From Mobula hypostoma (lineage: Eukaryota), in assembly GCF_963921235.1 (NCBI RefSeq), contig NC_086108.1, positions 36,458,001 through 36,522,000 of the forward strand: a stretch of DNA of 64,000 bases, written 5' to 3'. The notes below the pieces were generated by a model. The model was not told where the DNA came from. It searched no databases and saw only the letters and a list, made by a program, of their open reading frames with translations. A program made the translations under genes and the position numbers. Shown here in pieces: positions 1 through 14,420 of the stretch (positions within the stretch are counted from its first letter, which is position 1; each line of letters starts with the position of its first letter).

Positions 1-258
1 GACTGCTGGGAATTGCAGGTACATGACTGGAAGGAATGTTTTGGGCTGATAGAGGAAACCATGAGTCAATGCATTGGAAGCACACAGAAACTCAGCAGAA
101 GTAGTTTCGTACTCTACCCATCCTGTCAGTCTGTCAGGTGTCTCTTACCCTTGTGTGGACAAGTCTGTAGTTCCCACAGGCTTCATCAGTCATCTCAGAA
201 CTCATAAAACAGGAGCTGATGCAAAACATCCTCAATTCTAAGGAACTGCCCAAGAAGC
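1..258 (+). mobile_element. RTE-clade LINE, degenerate 3' end
   Basis: Frame-shifted C-terminal zinc-finger-like remnant (PLCGQVCSSH.. then GFISHLRTH), followed by a short 3' UTR CATCCTCAATTCTAAGGAACTGCCC and an AAGAAG tail, as expected for RTE 3' ends; runs off the window start. Confidence 0.7.
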
Positions 259-3200
259 TGTTTATATAGTTGGATTATCAAGTTCTCATATCTTGAATGA
301 AGTCAAATGAATATCATTTTTTTTTGTCTTAATTCATTTTTGCCCACATTCATTACAGAGATTCAATACTAGTTCTTATGGCTATTATTTGTGCACCTGT
401 TGTAATTAGAATTCTTGAACTGAGTTTTATGAGCCAAGAGTTGATGCATTTGTGGAGAATACCTTCCTACTAGTATGTTTATCTCATCTTCATTTCTAAA
501 GTTAGAATTCATTGAGATACACAGCAGGTGTAGAGGACATTTAGTAAGCAAGGCATTGTCCAAATTCAGCCCTTCCTCCTGACTGTAAACCATTCAGCTC
601 GTACTTCCAGGGATGTCAATATGTAGAGAAGTACAATGCACCCTTTTAATCTAAAGGTTGTGCCCATTTTTTGAGGCACCAACAAAATACATTTTGTCAG
701 AAATGAATTACATAACTTGCTTAATCTATAAATTAGTATTAATGCTATGCAGCAAGGTATTGTAATCTGAATAATATTTGTTGTGTGACAATGTTTCTTT
801 TTTTATTAACATAATAGGTACATGGTGAAGCACAAATCCCACCTGAGATTCTAAATTATCTGAAGGTCTCTGATTGCTGCCATTCATTTCTGAGAGGTTG
901 GAGGAGTTCTACAAAAGACTCATCTGTCTTGGGACTAAACTGTTTCATTGGCTTGTCTACGCTTCTCAAGAACAGTGGCGTTACAGTATGGGTCAATCCG
1001 AATTGATCATATACAATACTTGTTGGATTTTTTTATTGCATTGGAGAATTGGTCTGCAAAAATTAGGCAAAGAATTGTGCTTATACTACCAGTTTTCCAA
1101 TGGTAGATTGTCTTCTAGTCTGAAAAATCAAATTTGTATTTTATTCTATAGTGTTTATTTTTCAGACAGCACTTTTTTTTAAACATTACCCAATCCTTTT
1201 TTTTTCCCACCTCAGTCTTTTAAAGATGATTGTTGAGTGCAAACTGCAAATTCTATATCATCACTCTTGTGGGGTGGGAATTTCTTCAAACAGTTCTTCT
1301 CAGGTAGTATAAGAGGTAAGACAGCCATAGATGACATAGGTTGACTTATATTTTGTTTGTGGAAAATATTACTACAAAATTATACATGTAAGAACAACTC
1401 TCTTGGGCTACGATGGATGTTGAACAATCATTTGGTTATTGTCAAGAATTTAGGCAGAAGAATAAAGACATAAAAGAGATCCGTTATTACTTTTATGGAG
1501 AGATTAATTGAAAGTCCTGAGCTATAGAGGATCGTCTAAAAAGATTAGTAATAGTGGTCTAACTTTGAAACCTATCATCTGTACCTGGTGTTCCAAGCAC
1601 AAATGTGAAAACCTGATAGTGTATTTCAAGTTATGTGTTACAAATTTCTCAGAAGTCCATCTAGTGCAGACATAGAAATGATTAAAAATCCAGTTGTGCT
1701 GCTTGCTGACGTGAGATAAATATATTACATAAAGTATCATTTTGTTACTGTTTTCATTACACTTCCATCAGTGTATTGAAAGGGTTCACATTTATTTCCC
1801 TCTTTAAGAAAAGGCAAGGGATTTTTTCTTTGGGCAGAACCATCATTCATTCAACCTCTGAAATACAAGGAATACTTGTAGGGAGCTGATGACAGTGAAC
1901 ATTTTTTTTAAATTAATGTCTACATAGTGCATTCAGAATTTGATTTTATAAGGTATGGCTCATTGTGATTCATGACAGGAGTAATGCTGATGCAATGTAT
2001 TTATTGAAATAGTGATCATAAATAATAAAACACAGCTGATAAGAGTATCCATTGGCTGAGTTGGAAAATTACCTAAGGGTATTGTAAAATACTCTTTGGT
2101 GATAATATCACAGCTCAAGGGAGAGCCAAATATGCAACTTCTTTCCAAATAAAATTTAGTAGCCTATGATTTGAAAAATAACATTTTGGCATAGTATCTG
2201 ATTTTAGCATCAGTACCTATTTAAAGCTTTTTATAATGGTGCAGGTACAAAATCATTTGGCTTCTTTGTGCCACACCCAGGATTACCGTTCTCATTAGCT
2301 TGTTGGACAGGGAATTAGTTCTACCCAACAACATGCCTTACAGCAAGAAGGAATCCTGCTGCTATATTTGAAACCCAATCAAATAGATGGAATTTTGGTT
2401 TTAACCACTGGATAATCTGAAATAAAGTGTCAATAGTACTGAAACTTGAGGGGAAAATCACCAGTTGCAAAAGATATTTATTTGGTATGAATGATATGCT
2501 CTAGAATTTGAAACAGCTTTGATGTATTGAGTAATTGTGAAATTGTTCAATGTCAAATGCCAATCGCAGTTCAGTTCAGTGAACAATAAGCCTGAATAGC
2601 CATTGTCAATATGCTGTCTTTTTAGTGGAGCTGAATGTTACACTGCTCTTACCTATTACTGACTATGTAATAGACCAAAAATATATCCCACCTACACAGG
2701 TTCAATGAAAAATCCAGTTTATATCCAAACCATTGTTTTTCAAAGATTGTTTAAATCACACATTAAAATGTTCCATTTTATTAAAGTTTGAACACAGCTG
2801 TTGCAAGGTAAAAGCAAATTAAATTTAAAAAGGAGTTGAATGACAACGTTCACTTCAGCATTAATTTGCCAACTATAATGTCCTCATTTTGGCCCCTGTT
2901 AATGCCTTATTGTTTGGGGGAGCAATAGCACAGATGTCACAAGGAAACAGGTGCAAAGTTAGTTTTTTGTAAAATTGTCGACCAAGTATTATAAGCTTGG
3001 GGGGAAATGTCACACTGCTGTTGGGATGATATGAATGCTGTGTTCAACCCTGCAGAATAAATAGGTTGATACTTAGCATTGCTAGTTATGATCATTTTCA
3101 CTTATTTTCCTAATTCACTTCCTATTTCATCATAAAAGTTTTACAATTTTCCAATTTAAAAATTAGAAAAGTTGACAAATTTAATTGCATACTTTGTTAC

Positions 3201-3884
3201 TTTCAGATTGCAAAAATAATGCATTGCACCTTAAAACATACATATGAATTAAAGGTGATCAGATATTCACTGTATTTATCAATAATCATTGCACCATCTA
3301 AACCTATGTAACTATTATTTACTTAGTATAATAAGGATTGTTCTGCCTTTCTGTCAATTGTCCATCAGAAAAAAAAACATGCTGTTTTAATTATTTAATA
3401 TACCAGCTGTAATAGTTCTGTTAAATTAACCTCTTTGGATTTTATTAATGTTTGCAATATTAATTTGTTTTCTTTCAACTGTCTCATGCAGTAGTTAAAT
3501 TAATGTGAATGGGCTATAACAGCAGATAGTGAAGTGACAGGTCCTGTTCATTGTGGCATATTGTCTCCTTTTTCTAGTTTTTAAATTCAGAAACTTTGTA
3601 TCTATCTCTGCCTTTTTGGTTTGTACTGAGAGATACACAACTAAAGGCTCTTGTTTTCACAAACAGGGTTTTTTTGTACCAAGTGATACATGTAGATAGC
3701 ACCCAACACTATCTTTTTAATCAGAAATGCATAAATCTACCATTTTAAAGTGGTTTTGGTGCAATTTTCTAACTGAAACAATTTTAGCAGTTACTTTATT
3801 GCAGTTGGTGTGTGATGAAGTCATACTTGTGCTATTGTAGCTCAGCACAAATTAAAAATGACCAAAAATAGAATCAGTGCACAT

Positions 3885-4096
3885 GCGCTATCTCTCTTTC
3901 TCTCCTCTCTCTCCTTCTCTCTCTCTCTCTCTCACTCTCCCACTCACTCAAGTACTCTCTCACGCACTTGCCCTCTCACTTGCACTCACCCTCTCATTCA
4001 TACATTCTTACGCTCTTCCTCTCCTGTCATTCATGCATTTACATGCTCTTCCTGTCCTCTCACTCATGCACTCACTCTCCCTCTTTCTCTTACACA
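3885..4096. repeat. (CT)n/(CA)n-rich low-complexity tract
   Basis: Directly visible tctctc/cactca runs; source of the spurious S/L/H/T-rich ORFs at 3858-4184. Confidence 0.9.
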
Positions 4097-4519
4097 CTAT
4101 TTGGGGAAGAGAAAGGGTTTAAAAGAAATGGATTTTTATTATATAATAAATAAAATGGTGAAAAAAACTTTAAAGTTTTTTTAAATTTGTATTTAACTTG
4201 TGTCATTTCATTTGTAATGTCTTAATTATTTTGTAGCAAATTGGTGTTTAACTCTAGACTTCAGTATTTAAACATGTGAATATTTTTATCTAATCACACA
4301 TTGTACTCTTTTGCATTAATATATATTACAGCGACTTTAACGTAAGCACACATTTACAGTTGGTCTTTATGTTATGAGCATGTGATATGGCAGAACAATT
4401 TATGGATACTGCCGAGTGGCTCTAAGTGGGGTACAAGGAGACCAATATTCTTGAAGGCAATTACGCTAGAGCTGTTGGGGATAGTTAAGACTATTTCTTG
4501 GCTTTCAGAAGACGGAGCA

Positions 4520-6348
4520 TTTGGTATACAGGTAGATACAGCATGTAGAGAGACTGTGAGGAAAGGTAGGCTGTTCTTAGGGCAAAATTGCAGTTTATGG
4601 GATGAGTTAAGGTGTGTATTTTAATGCAAGAAATATCAGAGTATCAGGAAGAAGGGTGATGAGCATGGGTCAGTACATGGAACTGTGACATTGTGCCGTT
4701 ACAGAAATTTGATTGTCACGAAGGCAGACGTAGCTGCTGGATGTTCTAAGATTTAGAGGGAGGTAAATGAGGTGGGGGGAGGTGGTCCCATTGCTAATCA
4801 GGGATAGTATCCCAGCTGCAGAAAGGGAGGATGCCAGGGAGAGATTGTCTACTGAGTCAGTGTGGGTGAAAGTCAGAAACAGGAAGGGAGCAATCACTCT
4901 ATTGGGACTATTCTATAGGATCCCCTTTCACAAACAGCAACAGAAACACAGGAACAGATCGAGAGGCAAATTTTGGAAAGACGCAAAAATGTTGCCATGG
5001 GTGTTTTCAACTTGCCTAATATTGATTGGCACCTCTCTAGCATAAAAGGTGTATAAGAGGTGGAATTTGTTAGGTACGTCCAAGGAAGATTCCTGATACA
5101 ATATGCAGACAAACTGACTAGAGGAGAGGTCATTCTAGACATGGTGCTAGGTAATAAACCAGGTCAGTTGTCAGATCTCTTGGTGACTGAATATTATGGA
5201 GCCAGTAACCACAATTCCTTGACTTTTAACATAGCCTACCTTTGACAGGGATAGAAGCAGATGGTATGGGAAAGTAGTTAATTGGGGGAGAGGCGAATTG
5301 TGATGCTATTAGCCAGGAACTTGGGAGTGTAAATTGGGAATGCATGTACTCAGAGAAATGCATAACAGAAATAAGATTGTTTAGGGAGCACTTGCATGCG
5401 GTTCCAGATAGGTTTTCCCCATTGAGGCAGGGAAAGGATATTGGGGAACAGGAACCATGATTGACAAGAAGAGGCTAATTTTAGATGGAGAGCGTTCTTC
5501 CTGGAGGTAGGTCACCAGTGGTATCACATAGATCTGTTCTTGGAACCTTGCTCTTTATAACTTTCATAAATGACGTGGATGAGGCAGTGGAAGAGTGGGC
5601 TAGTAAGTTTGCACAAAGGTGGGTAGAGCTGTGAATAGTGTAGAAGGTTGTCATAGACTACACCAGGATGCAGAACTAGGCTGAGACTTGGCAGATGGAG
5701 TTCAGCCTGGAAAAGTGGGAACTGATTCATTTTGGAAGGTTGAATTTGAAGGCAGAATTCTCAACAGTCTGGAGAAGCAGAGGGATCTTGCGATCCATGT
5801 CCATACAACATTCAAAGCTGCTCTGCAAGTGGATAGGGTTGTTGAGAAGGCATATATTGTGGTTGGTCTTCTTTATTTGGGGGTTTGGGTTCTAAAGCCG
5901 TGAGTTAATGTCTATAAAACCCTGGAGTAACGTATTCAGTTCTGCTTGCTTCATTTGGGAAAGATGCTTAATCTTTAGAGAGTGTGCAGAGGAGATTTAT
6001 CACAATGCTGTCTGCAGTCAAGAGGTGACTTGATTGTGGTGTACAAGATGATAAGAGTCATAGATCAACCAGAGACTTTTTCCAATGGCTAATATGAGGA
6101 GGCATAATTTTAAGGTGGTTGAAAGTAAGTATAGAGGGGCTATTTTACATAGAGAGTGGGTGAGTGTGTGGAATGCCCTGCCAGGGGTGGTAGTGGAGAC
6201 AGGTACATTAAGGACATTTAAGAAACTCTTAGATAGACACAAGGATGATAGAAAAGTGGAGGGCTATGTAGGAGGGAAGGGTTAGTTGGTTAAAAGGTTG
6301 ACCAATATTATGGGCCGAACGACCTGTACTATGCTATAATGTTCTATG
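4520..6348 (+). mobile_element. CR1 LINE, degenerate, internally deleted (endonuclease part joined to RT C-terminal part and 3' UTR)
   Basis: ORF pieces TESVWVKVRNRKGAITLLGLFYR, TRGEVILDMVLGNKPGQ (APE endonuclease); MEFSLEKWELIHFGR, REWVSVWNALP...TFKKLLD (CR1 RT C-terminus); jump near 5470; tail gttctatg. Confidence 0.9.
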
Positions 6349-6713
6349 CAGAACATGACATAAGTAAATCATCTTGAATGTTGAAACATAAGCTGTTATT
6401 GGTAGTATGAATTTAAGACAGACATCATATTCCTCCCTTGCCAGAACAGTGACTTAACAAGAGTCCTGCCTCCTCAATAAAGGAGCTGTATCCAATTTTC
6501 GATGAACTATAATTTAATGCTACTCTTCACTTAATGCTAGTGTAAACATCCCTACTGTTTATATGTTAATCATAATGATTGCTGTGAAGATTATTTTTTA
6601 TTTACTTGCATTCTGAGCATGGTGCATAACAGTAATAATAGGAATATGAATAATCTGATTAGATAGCACCAGACAAAGGAAACAACTTCTAATCTTTCTC
6701 TAATCGATCACAT

Positions 6714-7640
6714 TTCAAAAGTCAGGATTGCTTATTGTCAATTCCAGTACACAAGTGTAAAGGAGAACAAAGTAATTGTTATTCTGAATCCAAAACAGCA
6801 CAAGAAAAACACACAGTAAGATGAAGAACACAATGGCTAAAAAAACAGTAAGTATGAATGGCTTATATACATTGATGGTATGTACATAAAATGATGCAAT
6901 GTACAGTAGTGCCTTTATGTAAGGTGACTGACAGGAAATGATAAAGTAGTAGTGGTTTGGGGGGGGTGGAGGGGTGGGTTAATGGTTAGAGGTATTGATT
7001 AGCCTTACTGCCTGGGGAAAGTAACTGTTTTTGAGTCTAGTTGTCCTGGCATGGATGCAATGTAGCCTCCTCCTTGATGGGAGTAGGGAAAACAGTCCAT
7101 GAGCAGAATGGGTGGGATCCTTCATGATATTGCTGACCATTTTCTGGCACCTTTCTGTATATGTGTCCTTGATGGGGCGTAGGTTGGTGCTGGTGATGTG
7201 TTGGCAGTCTTAACTACCCCTTGTAAAGGCCTCCTGCACACCATGGTGCAGTTTCTGTAATATGCAGTGATGCAGCAAGTTAAGATGTCCTCTGCTTTGC
7301 ATTGGTAGAAGGTTGTGTGCGTAGGCCAGCTCTCTTCAGCCTTCTCGGAAGTAGAGGCATTGGTGAGCTTTCTTGATTCTGTACAATGTTTTCTGGGACT
7401 ATGAGAGGTTGTATGAGATGTGCACTCCCAGGAGTTTGACACTGTTTGCAGTTTCCATTGCCGTGCCACCGATGTAAAGAGGGGTGTGAATGATGCAAAT
7501 TCTCCTGAAGTCAATAACCATCTCTTTTGTCTTTCTGACAATGAGGAAGGTGTTATCTGCCCAGCATCAAGCCTTGAGCTCTTCCATCTCCTCTCTGTAG
7601 GTCCATATATGATTGGGATCCCTTGTATTCTCACAGCTGA
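6714..7640 (-). mobile_element. Rex1/Babar-like LINE, degenerate 3' part
   Basis: ORF 7122-7709 has TFYQCKAEDILTCCITAYY.NC (Rex1 C-terminal FY...ES.LT.CIT.W motif); minus-strand 3' end TGACAATAAGCAATC. Confidence 0.8.
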
Positions 7641-10600
7641 GGCTTTCTGTTCTGACAAACTTGGGCACCTCAGCAGACTTCTTGCTTTTCTTCTGAACAT
7701 CACACACATGGGGTAAGCAAGTTATTATTTTAAATGACACAGAGATCAAGTAATACTCTTATTATTGTATACTCCTATAATTACAAATAAAACGTTTCTT
7801 TAATTGAATAATCACAATTAAATTAGGAAATGTGTGTAGGGAACATTAGTTGACACCATAACCCTGAGGTTGTGGGTTTCAATACATCTCAGAAGCTATT
7901 ATAAGCAAAAAGATGCAAAAAGATCAACTAGTAATTCCAGCTACTGCCTTTTTGCCTGAGCTTGGCCTGCAGGCTATTCAGCAGCTCCCTGCCCATGAGA
8001 TTCTCACTTTGCAGATTAAGACATTTTAGAATTCTGGTTATCTGGCTGCTTTGGGAAATTGCAGTCATCGTATTTCTAATAAGTACTGAACATTTTGTGT
8101 AAACATGGATTTTTCTAAGCCACATTTATGCAGCATGCCTGCCTTAAATGTTTTGCCCATCTCCTAAAATGCAAGTTGACATGCAAAGATATATTCCCTG
8201 GTATAAGTACTGTGAAATTTTGTCAGCTAGTAAGTAATTGATAAAAGGCAGCAGAGGAGATGATATGTTTGGTAATCCCATATATATATATACCTGAACC
8301 TTTTCCATTCAATCTGTACTAGATTAATTAAGTTGTTTATTTGGAGGCTTTGCTGTTCGTTGTGGTATTATTACCAAATGCGGTTGGTGTGTCAGCTTTG
8401 TCAGTGCTGGAAGTGAATGAAATTTCTGAAATAGAGAACAATGCACAACCACGAAGAGCATACAACCTTTTTTTAAAAAAATTCTGTTTCATTTTTGATA
8501 AGGGGTTGTGCGATTTTTCAAAAAATTACATTGCATTTGAAAGTTGGCTTAACCCAGAGTATGAAGATATTATTTCCATCGCGGGATATCTTAAAGGAAT
8601 TTAGTTCTTATTTTTAGTTGCCCTAACAATATATACAAAATAAATTTCTTCTGAATGATATGAGCTGTAATAAGCACACAAATTCATCATGAGGTATAAT
8701 ATTCAATCTCTGGTCTGTAAAATGGCAGATCAAGGTATGGTTATTCCAAGCCCCTGGGTCAATCTAAGCTGCTGCTCCTGATCATTACCACATCTTGGAG
8801 CTGCATTAGGTGGTACCCCTGAACATAGTCAAGCATCTTTTCCTTCAGACCATAATAAAAGGCAGAACAACAAATTACATTTAAATTTGTTTCAATTACA
8901 TTCCCTAATGTGCGGGCATTCTGAAATAACATGAGTGTCCCTGTCAGCCACCTCTCAGAACCATCTAAATGGTAGTTATACTCCAGAGGATATACAGAGA
9001 GTCCACTTATTAAAGAACCTGCAATTTATGGGTATTGCTCTTCACCACACTGTCAATTTCTTGGAGCTGTATCCGGTCCCCTCACCACCTATTCATTCAG
9101 TAGTAGCATTTGCTGTTCTTTGTATTATGGCATGCCCTTTTGCGAGCTGGCTACAGTAATAGCTCCAGGGAAGAAATCAAGTGCCAGAAACTGTATGGAT
9201 TTGTAAGTGATCAACTGAGTATTGCTACAATGAAATAGTCACCATCCTGCATTGAAGAGGAAAGGCTAACAGCAGGAACTTATGTTGTTTATGGGACATT
9301 AGTTTTTTTTAAGCTTGAAAATTGTCACTACAGAATTAAGAAAGATGGTGACATTGCTCTTGGGGTAAAGTTTGTTTAATATTTGCCATTAAAGATTTGA
9401 CAAAAAATACATGCCATTGGTCAATTTGACCAGTGGTGACACATATGTCTGAAATTTCTCATATTTACACTTACTACCTGTGAAAAATAAATAGATGAAT
9501 GCCTCTCCTGGAAAAAATAGCAAGGGGTGAATAAGTATAGGGTGGGTGGGGGTAATATTTTAAGGAAGCTCTTAATCATCTATCTGATAGTAAACTTCAA
9601 GATTACTTTGATTTTTTTTTCATTCACATATCAGAGGAAGAAAATCTAGGTCCAAAAGTTATGGGAAAATAATGAATTCATGGCATAAGTGGGGGAGCTG
9701 ACTTATTTCGATTCTCATTTTGTTGGAATTAGGACATTGCATTACTTCCTACTCCATACCTCATTTTCCTAGAGTTTCAGAACTAAAAGACTCCCTATCC
9801 TCATTCTTCACTTAACCATACAATTTATAATTTTGAATCTAAACAAAGATTCAAACAATGTTTCATAATGATCTTATTTTGTCTGCCCGTCAGTTTTTAA
9901 ATGACTAATATCTTGCAAATCAGCATCTGACCATTGATTTTGTCTTCAAAAGATTTGTAATGATGAAAACTGATACAATTCTTCACACTAGATAATTTAT
10001 ATTTGGTCATGAGTGATAAAGTTCAGGAGCGGAGCTTAGCACAGTGTGAAGCATTTTAGGTTTTATTAAAGTTATTTTAAATGGGCATTTTAATACCAAT
10101 TAAAAATTACCATTGAAAACAAGATAATCCAAGATAGAAAAGAGTATTTGTACCCAAAACAATTATTGATACAACTGCAGCAAAATGCAGGTAGATGCTG
10201 AGCAACTGAGAGAAAAGCGATGATAACCAGTGGCATAGCCAGCTTGATCTTATACTTACTCAAAAAAGTGTGGAAAATGGCCCAAGAGCTAGAGGAATAG
10301 GCATAATGCATCATAATTATTTAAATCTTTCTAAAAGCTTTGACTTCTGCAGTAACTGATATTTGAACCACATTTAAAAATCTAAGCACAACAGCAATGT
10401 GAAAACTAGATTAAATTTACTCCTTCCAGAGCCCTGTGTTGAATTTGCTGCTCTCTGCAGTTTGTATCTTTTCAGACAGATCCAACTCGTACCTCAGGAA
10501 CTCTCAATATTTTTTTCCACAACAAATGTTTCAGTTCTTTTTTCATAGGTGTCATTGGTGCAGAAACTGTCATTGTTTTGGTATTTCTCCTTGTTCTTTG

Positions 10601-11204
10601 ATCTATTTTTGACTTGGACTTTGTTAAATTGATAAAAGCACCACTTAGAAAGAACAGGATTATTTCCACCTTGTTCACAGAAATACCTTGGATCCTGACA
10701 ATGGATATGCACCTATTTCTTTATAGGGTGTATTTTCTGCCAGTTCGTATCAGGGGGTTTTATGAAAATGAAAAACAAACACCTATCTTCAGTGAAGGTA
10801 TAAAGCATGGTACCTTCGTGCAGGATTTATTGAAGAAGGAATGTTTTAATAAATAAATAATATCCTACCCTTCAGGGAAGCTGTACCATTTGTGGCTGGA
10901 ACAAACCAGCTTATTCTCCTTGCTGAAGTCCTGATCAAATGATTTATCTTGCTGGTCTAACTCTGGTGCAAAGCAATTACAGTAAGTAGAAAACAACATC
11001 TCAGCCACCACTGGTGTCAAATCTGCTGAGAAAATCAATTTGTATATTTTTTTTAAATTGGTATCATGCAGAATACTTCTAACAGATAGTGACGATCGGA
11101 GTATATAAAAATTGGTTGAGTTTTAACTTGTAACCCTTGAATTAAGACTAACAGTGTCATCTAATGGAAATGCAGTATAGTTTGTTTTAAGGGTCTGTCA
11201 TTAT

Positions 11205-12624
11205 AGAAAAAAAGGAGGGAGAGAGAAACCGGGGAATTATAGACCGGTTAGCCTAACGTCGGTGGTGGGGAAACTGCTGGAGTCAGTTATCAAAGATGTG
11301 ATAACAGCACATTTGGAAAGCGGTGAAATCATCGGACAAAGTCAGCATGGATTTGTGAAAGGAAAATCATGTCTGACGAATCTCATAGAATTTTTTGAGG
11401 ATGTAACTAGTAGAGTGGATAGGGGAGAACCAGTGGATGTGGTATATTTGGATTTTCAAAAGGCTTTTGACAAGGTCCCACACAGGAGATTAGTGTGCAA
11501 ACTTAAAGCACACGGTATTGGGGGTAAGGTATTGATGTGGATGGAGAATTGGTTAGCAGACAGGAAGCAAAGAGTGGGAATAAACGGGACCTTTTCAGAA
11601 TGGCAGGCGGTGACTAGTGGGGTACCGCAAGACTCAGTGCTGGGACCCCAGTTGTTTACAATATATATTAATGACTTGGATGAGGGAATTAAATGCAGCA
11701 TCTCCAAATTTGCGGATGACACGAAGCTGGGCGGCAGTGTTAGCAGTGAGGAGGATGCTAAGAGGATGCAGAGTGACTTGGATAGGTTGGGTGAGTGGGC
11801 AAATTCATGGCAGATGCAATTTAATGTGGATAAATGTGAAGTTATCCACTTTGGTGGCAAAAATAGGAAAACAGATTATTATCTGAATGGTGGCCGATTA
11901 GGAAAAGGAGAGGTGCAACGAGACCTGGGTGTCATTGAAAGTGGGCATGCAGGTACAGCAGGCGGTGAAAAAGGCGAATGATATGCTGGCATTTATAGAG
12001 AGAGGATTCGAGTACAGGAGCAGGGAGGTACTACTGCAGTTGTACAAGGCCTTGGTGAGACCACACCTGGAGTATTGTGTGCAGTTTTGGTCCCCTAATC
12101 TGAGGAAAGACATCCTTGCCATAGAAGGAGTACAGAGAAGGTTCACCAGATTGATTCCTGGGATGGCAGGACTTTCATATGAAGAAAGACTGGATGAACT
12201 GGGCTTGTACTCGTTGGAATTTAGAAGATTGAGGGGGGATCTGATTGAAACGTATAAAATCCTAAAGGGATTGGACAAGCTGGATGCAGGAAGATTATTC
12301 CCGATGTTGGGGAAGTCCAGAACAAGGGGTCACAGTTTGAGGATAAAGGGGAAGCCGTTTAGGACCGAGATTAGGAAAAACTTCTTCACACAGAGAGTGG
12401 TGAATCTGTGGAATTCTCTGCCACAGGAAACAGTTGAGGCCAGTTCATTGGCTATACTTAAGAGGGAGTTAGATATGGCCCTTGTGGCTACAGGGATCGG
12501 GGGTATGGAGGGAAGGCTGGGGCGGGGTTCTGAGTTGGATGATCAGCCATGATCATAATAAATGGTGGTGCAGGCTCGAAGGGCCGAATGGCCTACTCCT
12601 GCACCTATTTTCTATGTTTCTATG
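11205..12624 (+). mobile_element. CR1 LINE, young 5'-truncated copy (RT + 3' UTR)
   Basis: ORFs 11262-11981 and 11929-12552: QHGFVKGKSCLTNL, YLDFQKAFDKVPH, GVPQDSVLGP, FADDTKL, RPHLEYCVQFWSP; one frameshift near 11935; tail (TTTCTATG)2. Confidence 0.97.
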
Positions 12625-13484
12625 AAAAGGACTTTGCACAACATGCTGACTCATCCATTGAACTTACTGTGATATTGTTTTTTGTTCATGTATTATGGGA
12701 TGATGGAAGTTCCCATTCTACTGAAATGCACATATTTATTGCAGCATCGTACCACTTATTTTCTCACTCAAGTGTACTAAAAAATTAAATTAATGTTCAC
12801 TCATTTAGATTACTAAAATAATTGTTTTACAATAAATCATTACTTCAAGTAAGTAAAATTTCAGGCATCTCCAACATATTTTTACTAAATTCAATTCATG
12901 GCCATAGTACAAAGGAACCCTTCAGGTGACTGCTGCGTATTATCTTCAGCCGACTTCTGCTATTCTTTAAGGGTACCATTAAAGTGCATTGTGTAGGAGA
13001 ATTGTCATTGCAGCCCAAGATTGAGCAACTGATTTCTCTTCATGTAGTGACTCTGAGATCCTATCAGATCAGCTAGCTACTCACAAGGACTGTTCCTTCT
13101 AATTGCCTCCATTGGGTGTCCAATTGTGGAAAGATTTGTCGTCCCTGAGTGATGACCACTGGATATGCATTGAAGAGAGATCAGATGCACATCTCAAGTG
13201 TTGATAGAATTGGCTGTATATTTTGATCATTAATGTAGTGTGTATTCACTGTTGAGGGTTACATTGGTAGTGAATTTTTAGTTCCAATAATTATTGCACA
13301 TAGCAAAGAAGAAACATATAATCCCTTCTGTTTTGTGGTTTTCCAGATAATTGCCCATAGAAATGTGTTTTTGATTCCCATTGTTTTTTTCCTCCAAGTT
13401 AGTGCGAAGTAGAAAAAAAATGTCAAGACCTTTCAGGACCTTCGTATAAGTCTACAGTTCTTGCTATCTTGGTTTGAAAAAAAG

Positions 13485-13950
13485 ATCCTACAGTGGATAA
13501 TAAAAACGCTGAGAGGATCACTGTGGTCTCCCTCTCCCACCCCTCCCATTTGTTACAATTACTGGGAGCATTGTATATGTAAAGCCAGAAATATTGTTGA
13601 GGATCCCTACTACCCATCCCACAATCTTTTTGACCCATTACCGTCAGGAAGGAGCTACAGGAGCATCAGGACAAGGACTGCCAGACTGGGTAACAACTTC
13701 TTCCTTCAGGCTCAGGCTGTGAAACTAATGAATACCCTACCGCCAGCGAGGTCTCATCATGAGGACAGTGAATTGTTTACTGTTTACCTGTGCTGCACTT
13801 TACTACATGCATTTTGAATTATATTTTGTCAACTTATTTATAGTATACTATTTTGGTTTATGTGCTGTGTGGGTGTACAGTGGTCTGGTGGAAATTTTGT
13901 TGTGTGTGTATATACTTTGGTACATGTGACAATAGTAAACCAAGTTACCA
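13485..13950 (+). mobile_element. Rex1/Babar-like LINE 3' fragment
   Basis: KARNIVEDPYYPSHNLFDPLPSGRSYRSIRTRTARLGNNFF (Rex1 C-terminus); 3' end TGTGACAATAGTAAAC. Confidence 0.85.
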
Positions 13951-13994
13951 ATTCAAGAAGACCGACTGTTTAGTCATTCTCACATTATTGTGTG

Positions 13995-14420
13995 CGGTGC
14001 TGTGCTTCATTAGGAGTTTGAGGAGATTTGGTATGTCACCAGAAACTCTTGTAAATTTCTGTAGATGTGCAATGGAGCACCTTCTGACGGGTTGCATCAT
14101 AGCCTGGTATAGAACCTCCAATGCACAGCATTGGAAGAGGCTTGTAGACCCAGCCAGCTGCATTGCGGTCACAACCGAGGGTCTCTTCAAGGGCGGAGCC
14201 TCACGAAACCGGTAACTATGATTAAGAACCCTCATTATCCAAGACATGCCCTCTTCTCATTACTACCATCAGGGAGGAGGTACAGAAACCTGAAGACCCA
14301 CACTTAAATGATTCAAGAGCAGCTTCTCCACTACCATCAAATTTCTAAATGGTGTATGAATAATCCATGAACACAACCTGGTTGTGTTTTTGCACAATTT
14401 ACTTCATAATTTATTGTAAA
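13995..14420 (+). mobile_element. Rex1/Babar-like LINE 3' fragment
   Basis: FIRSLRRFGMSPETLVNFCRCAMEHLLTGCIIAWY and LPSGRRYR-type motif (CTACCATCAGGGAGGAGGTACAGA). Confidence 0.85.

Noticed and set aside
13..241. Terminal coding exon of a host gene
   Set aside because: Motifs are split across frames and match an RTE LINE 3' end
3858..4184. Three overlapping ORFs
   Set aside because: Artefact of stop-poor (CT)n/(CA)n low-complexity sequence
8341..8604. 87-aa ORF with hydrophobic N-terminus
   Set aside because: TTG start, no splice context, no recognisable domain
10476..10797. Exon candidate after TCTTTTCAG with AAG|GTAT donor
   Set aside because: Stops in all three frames, weak donor, no recognisable protein
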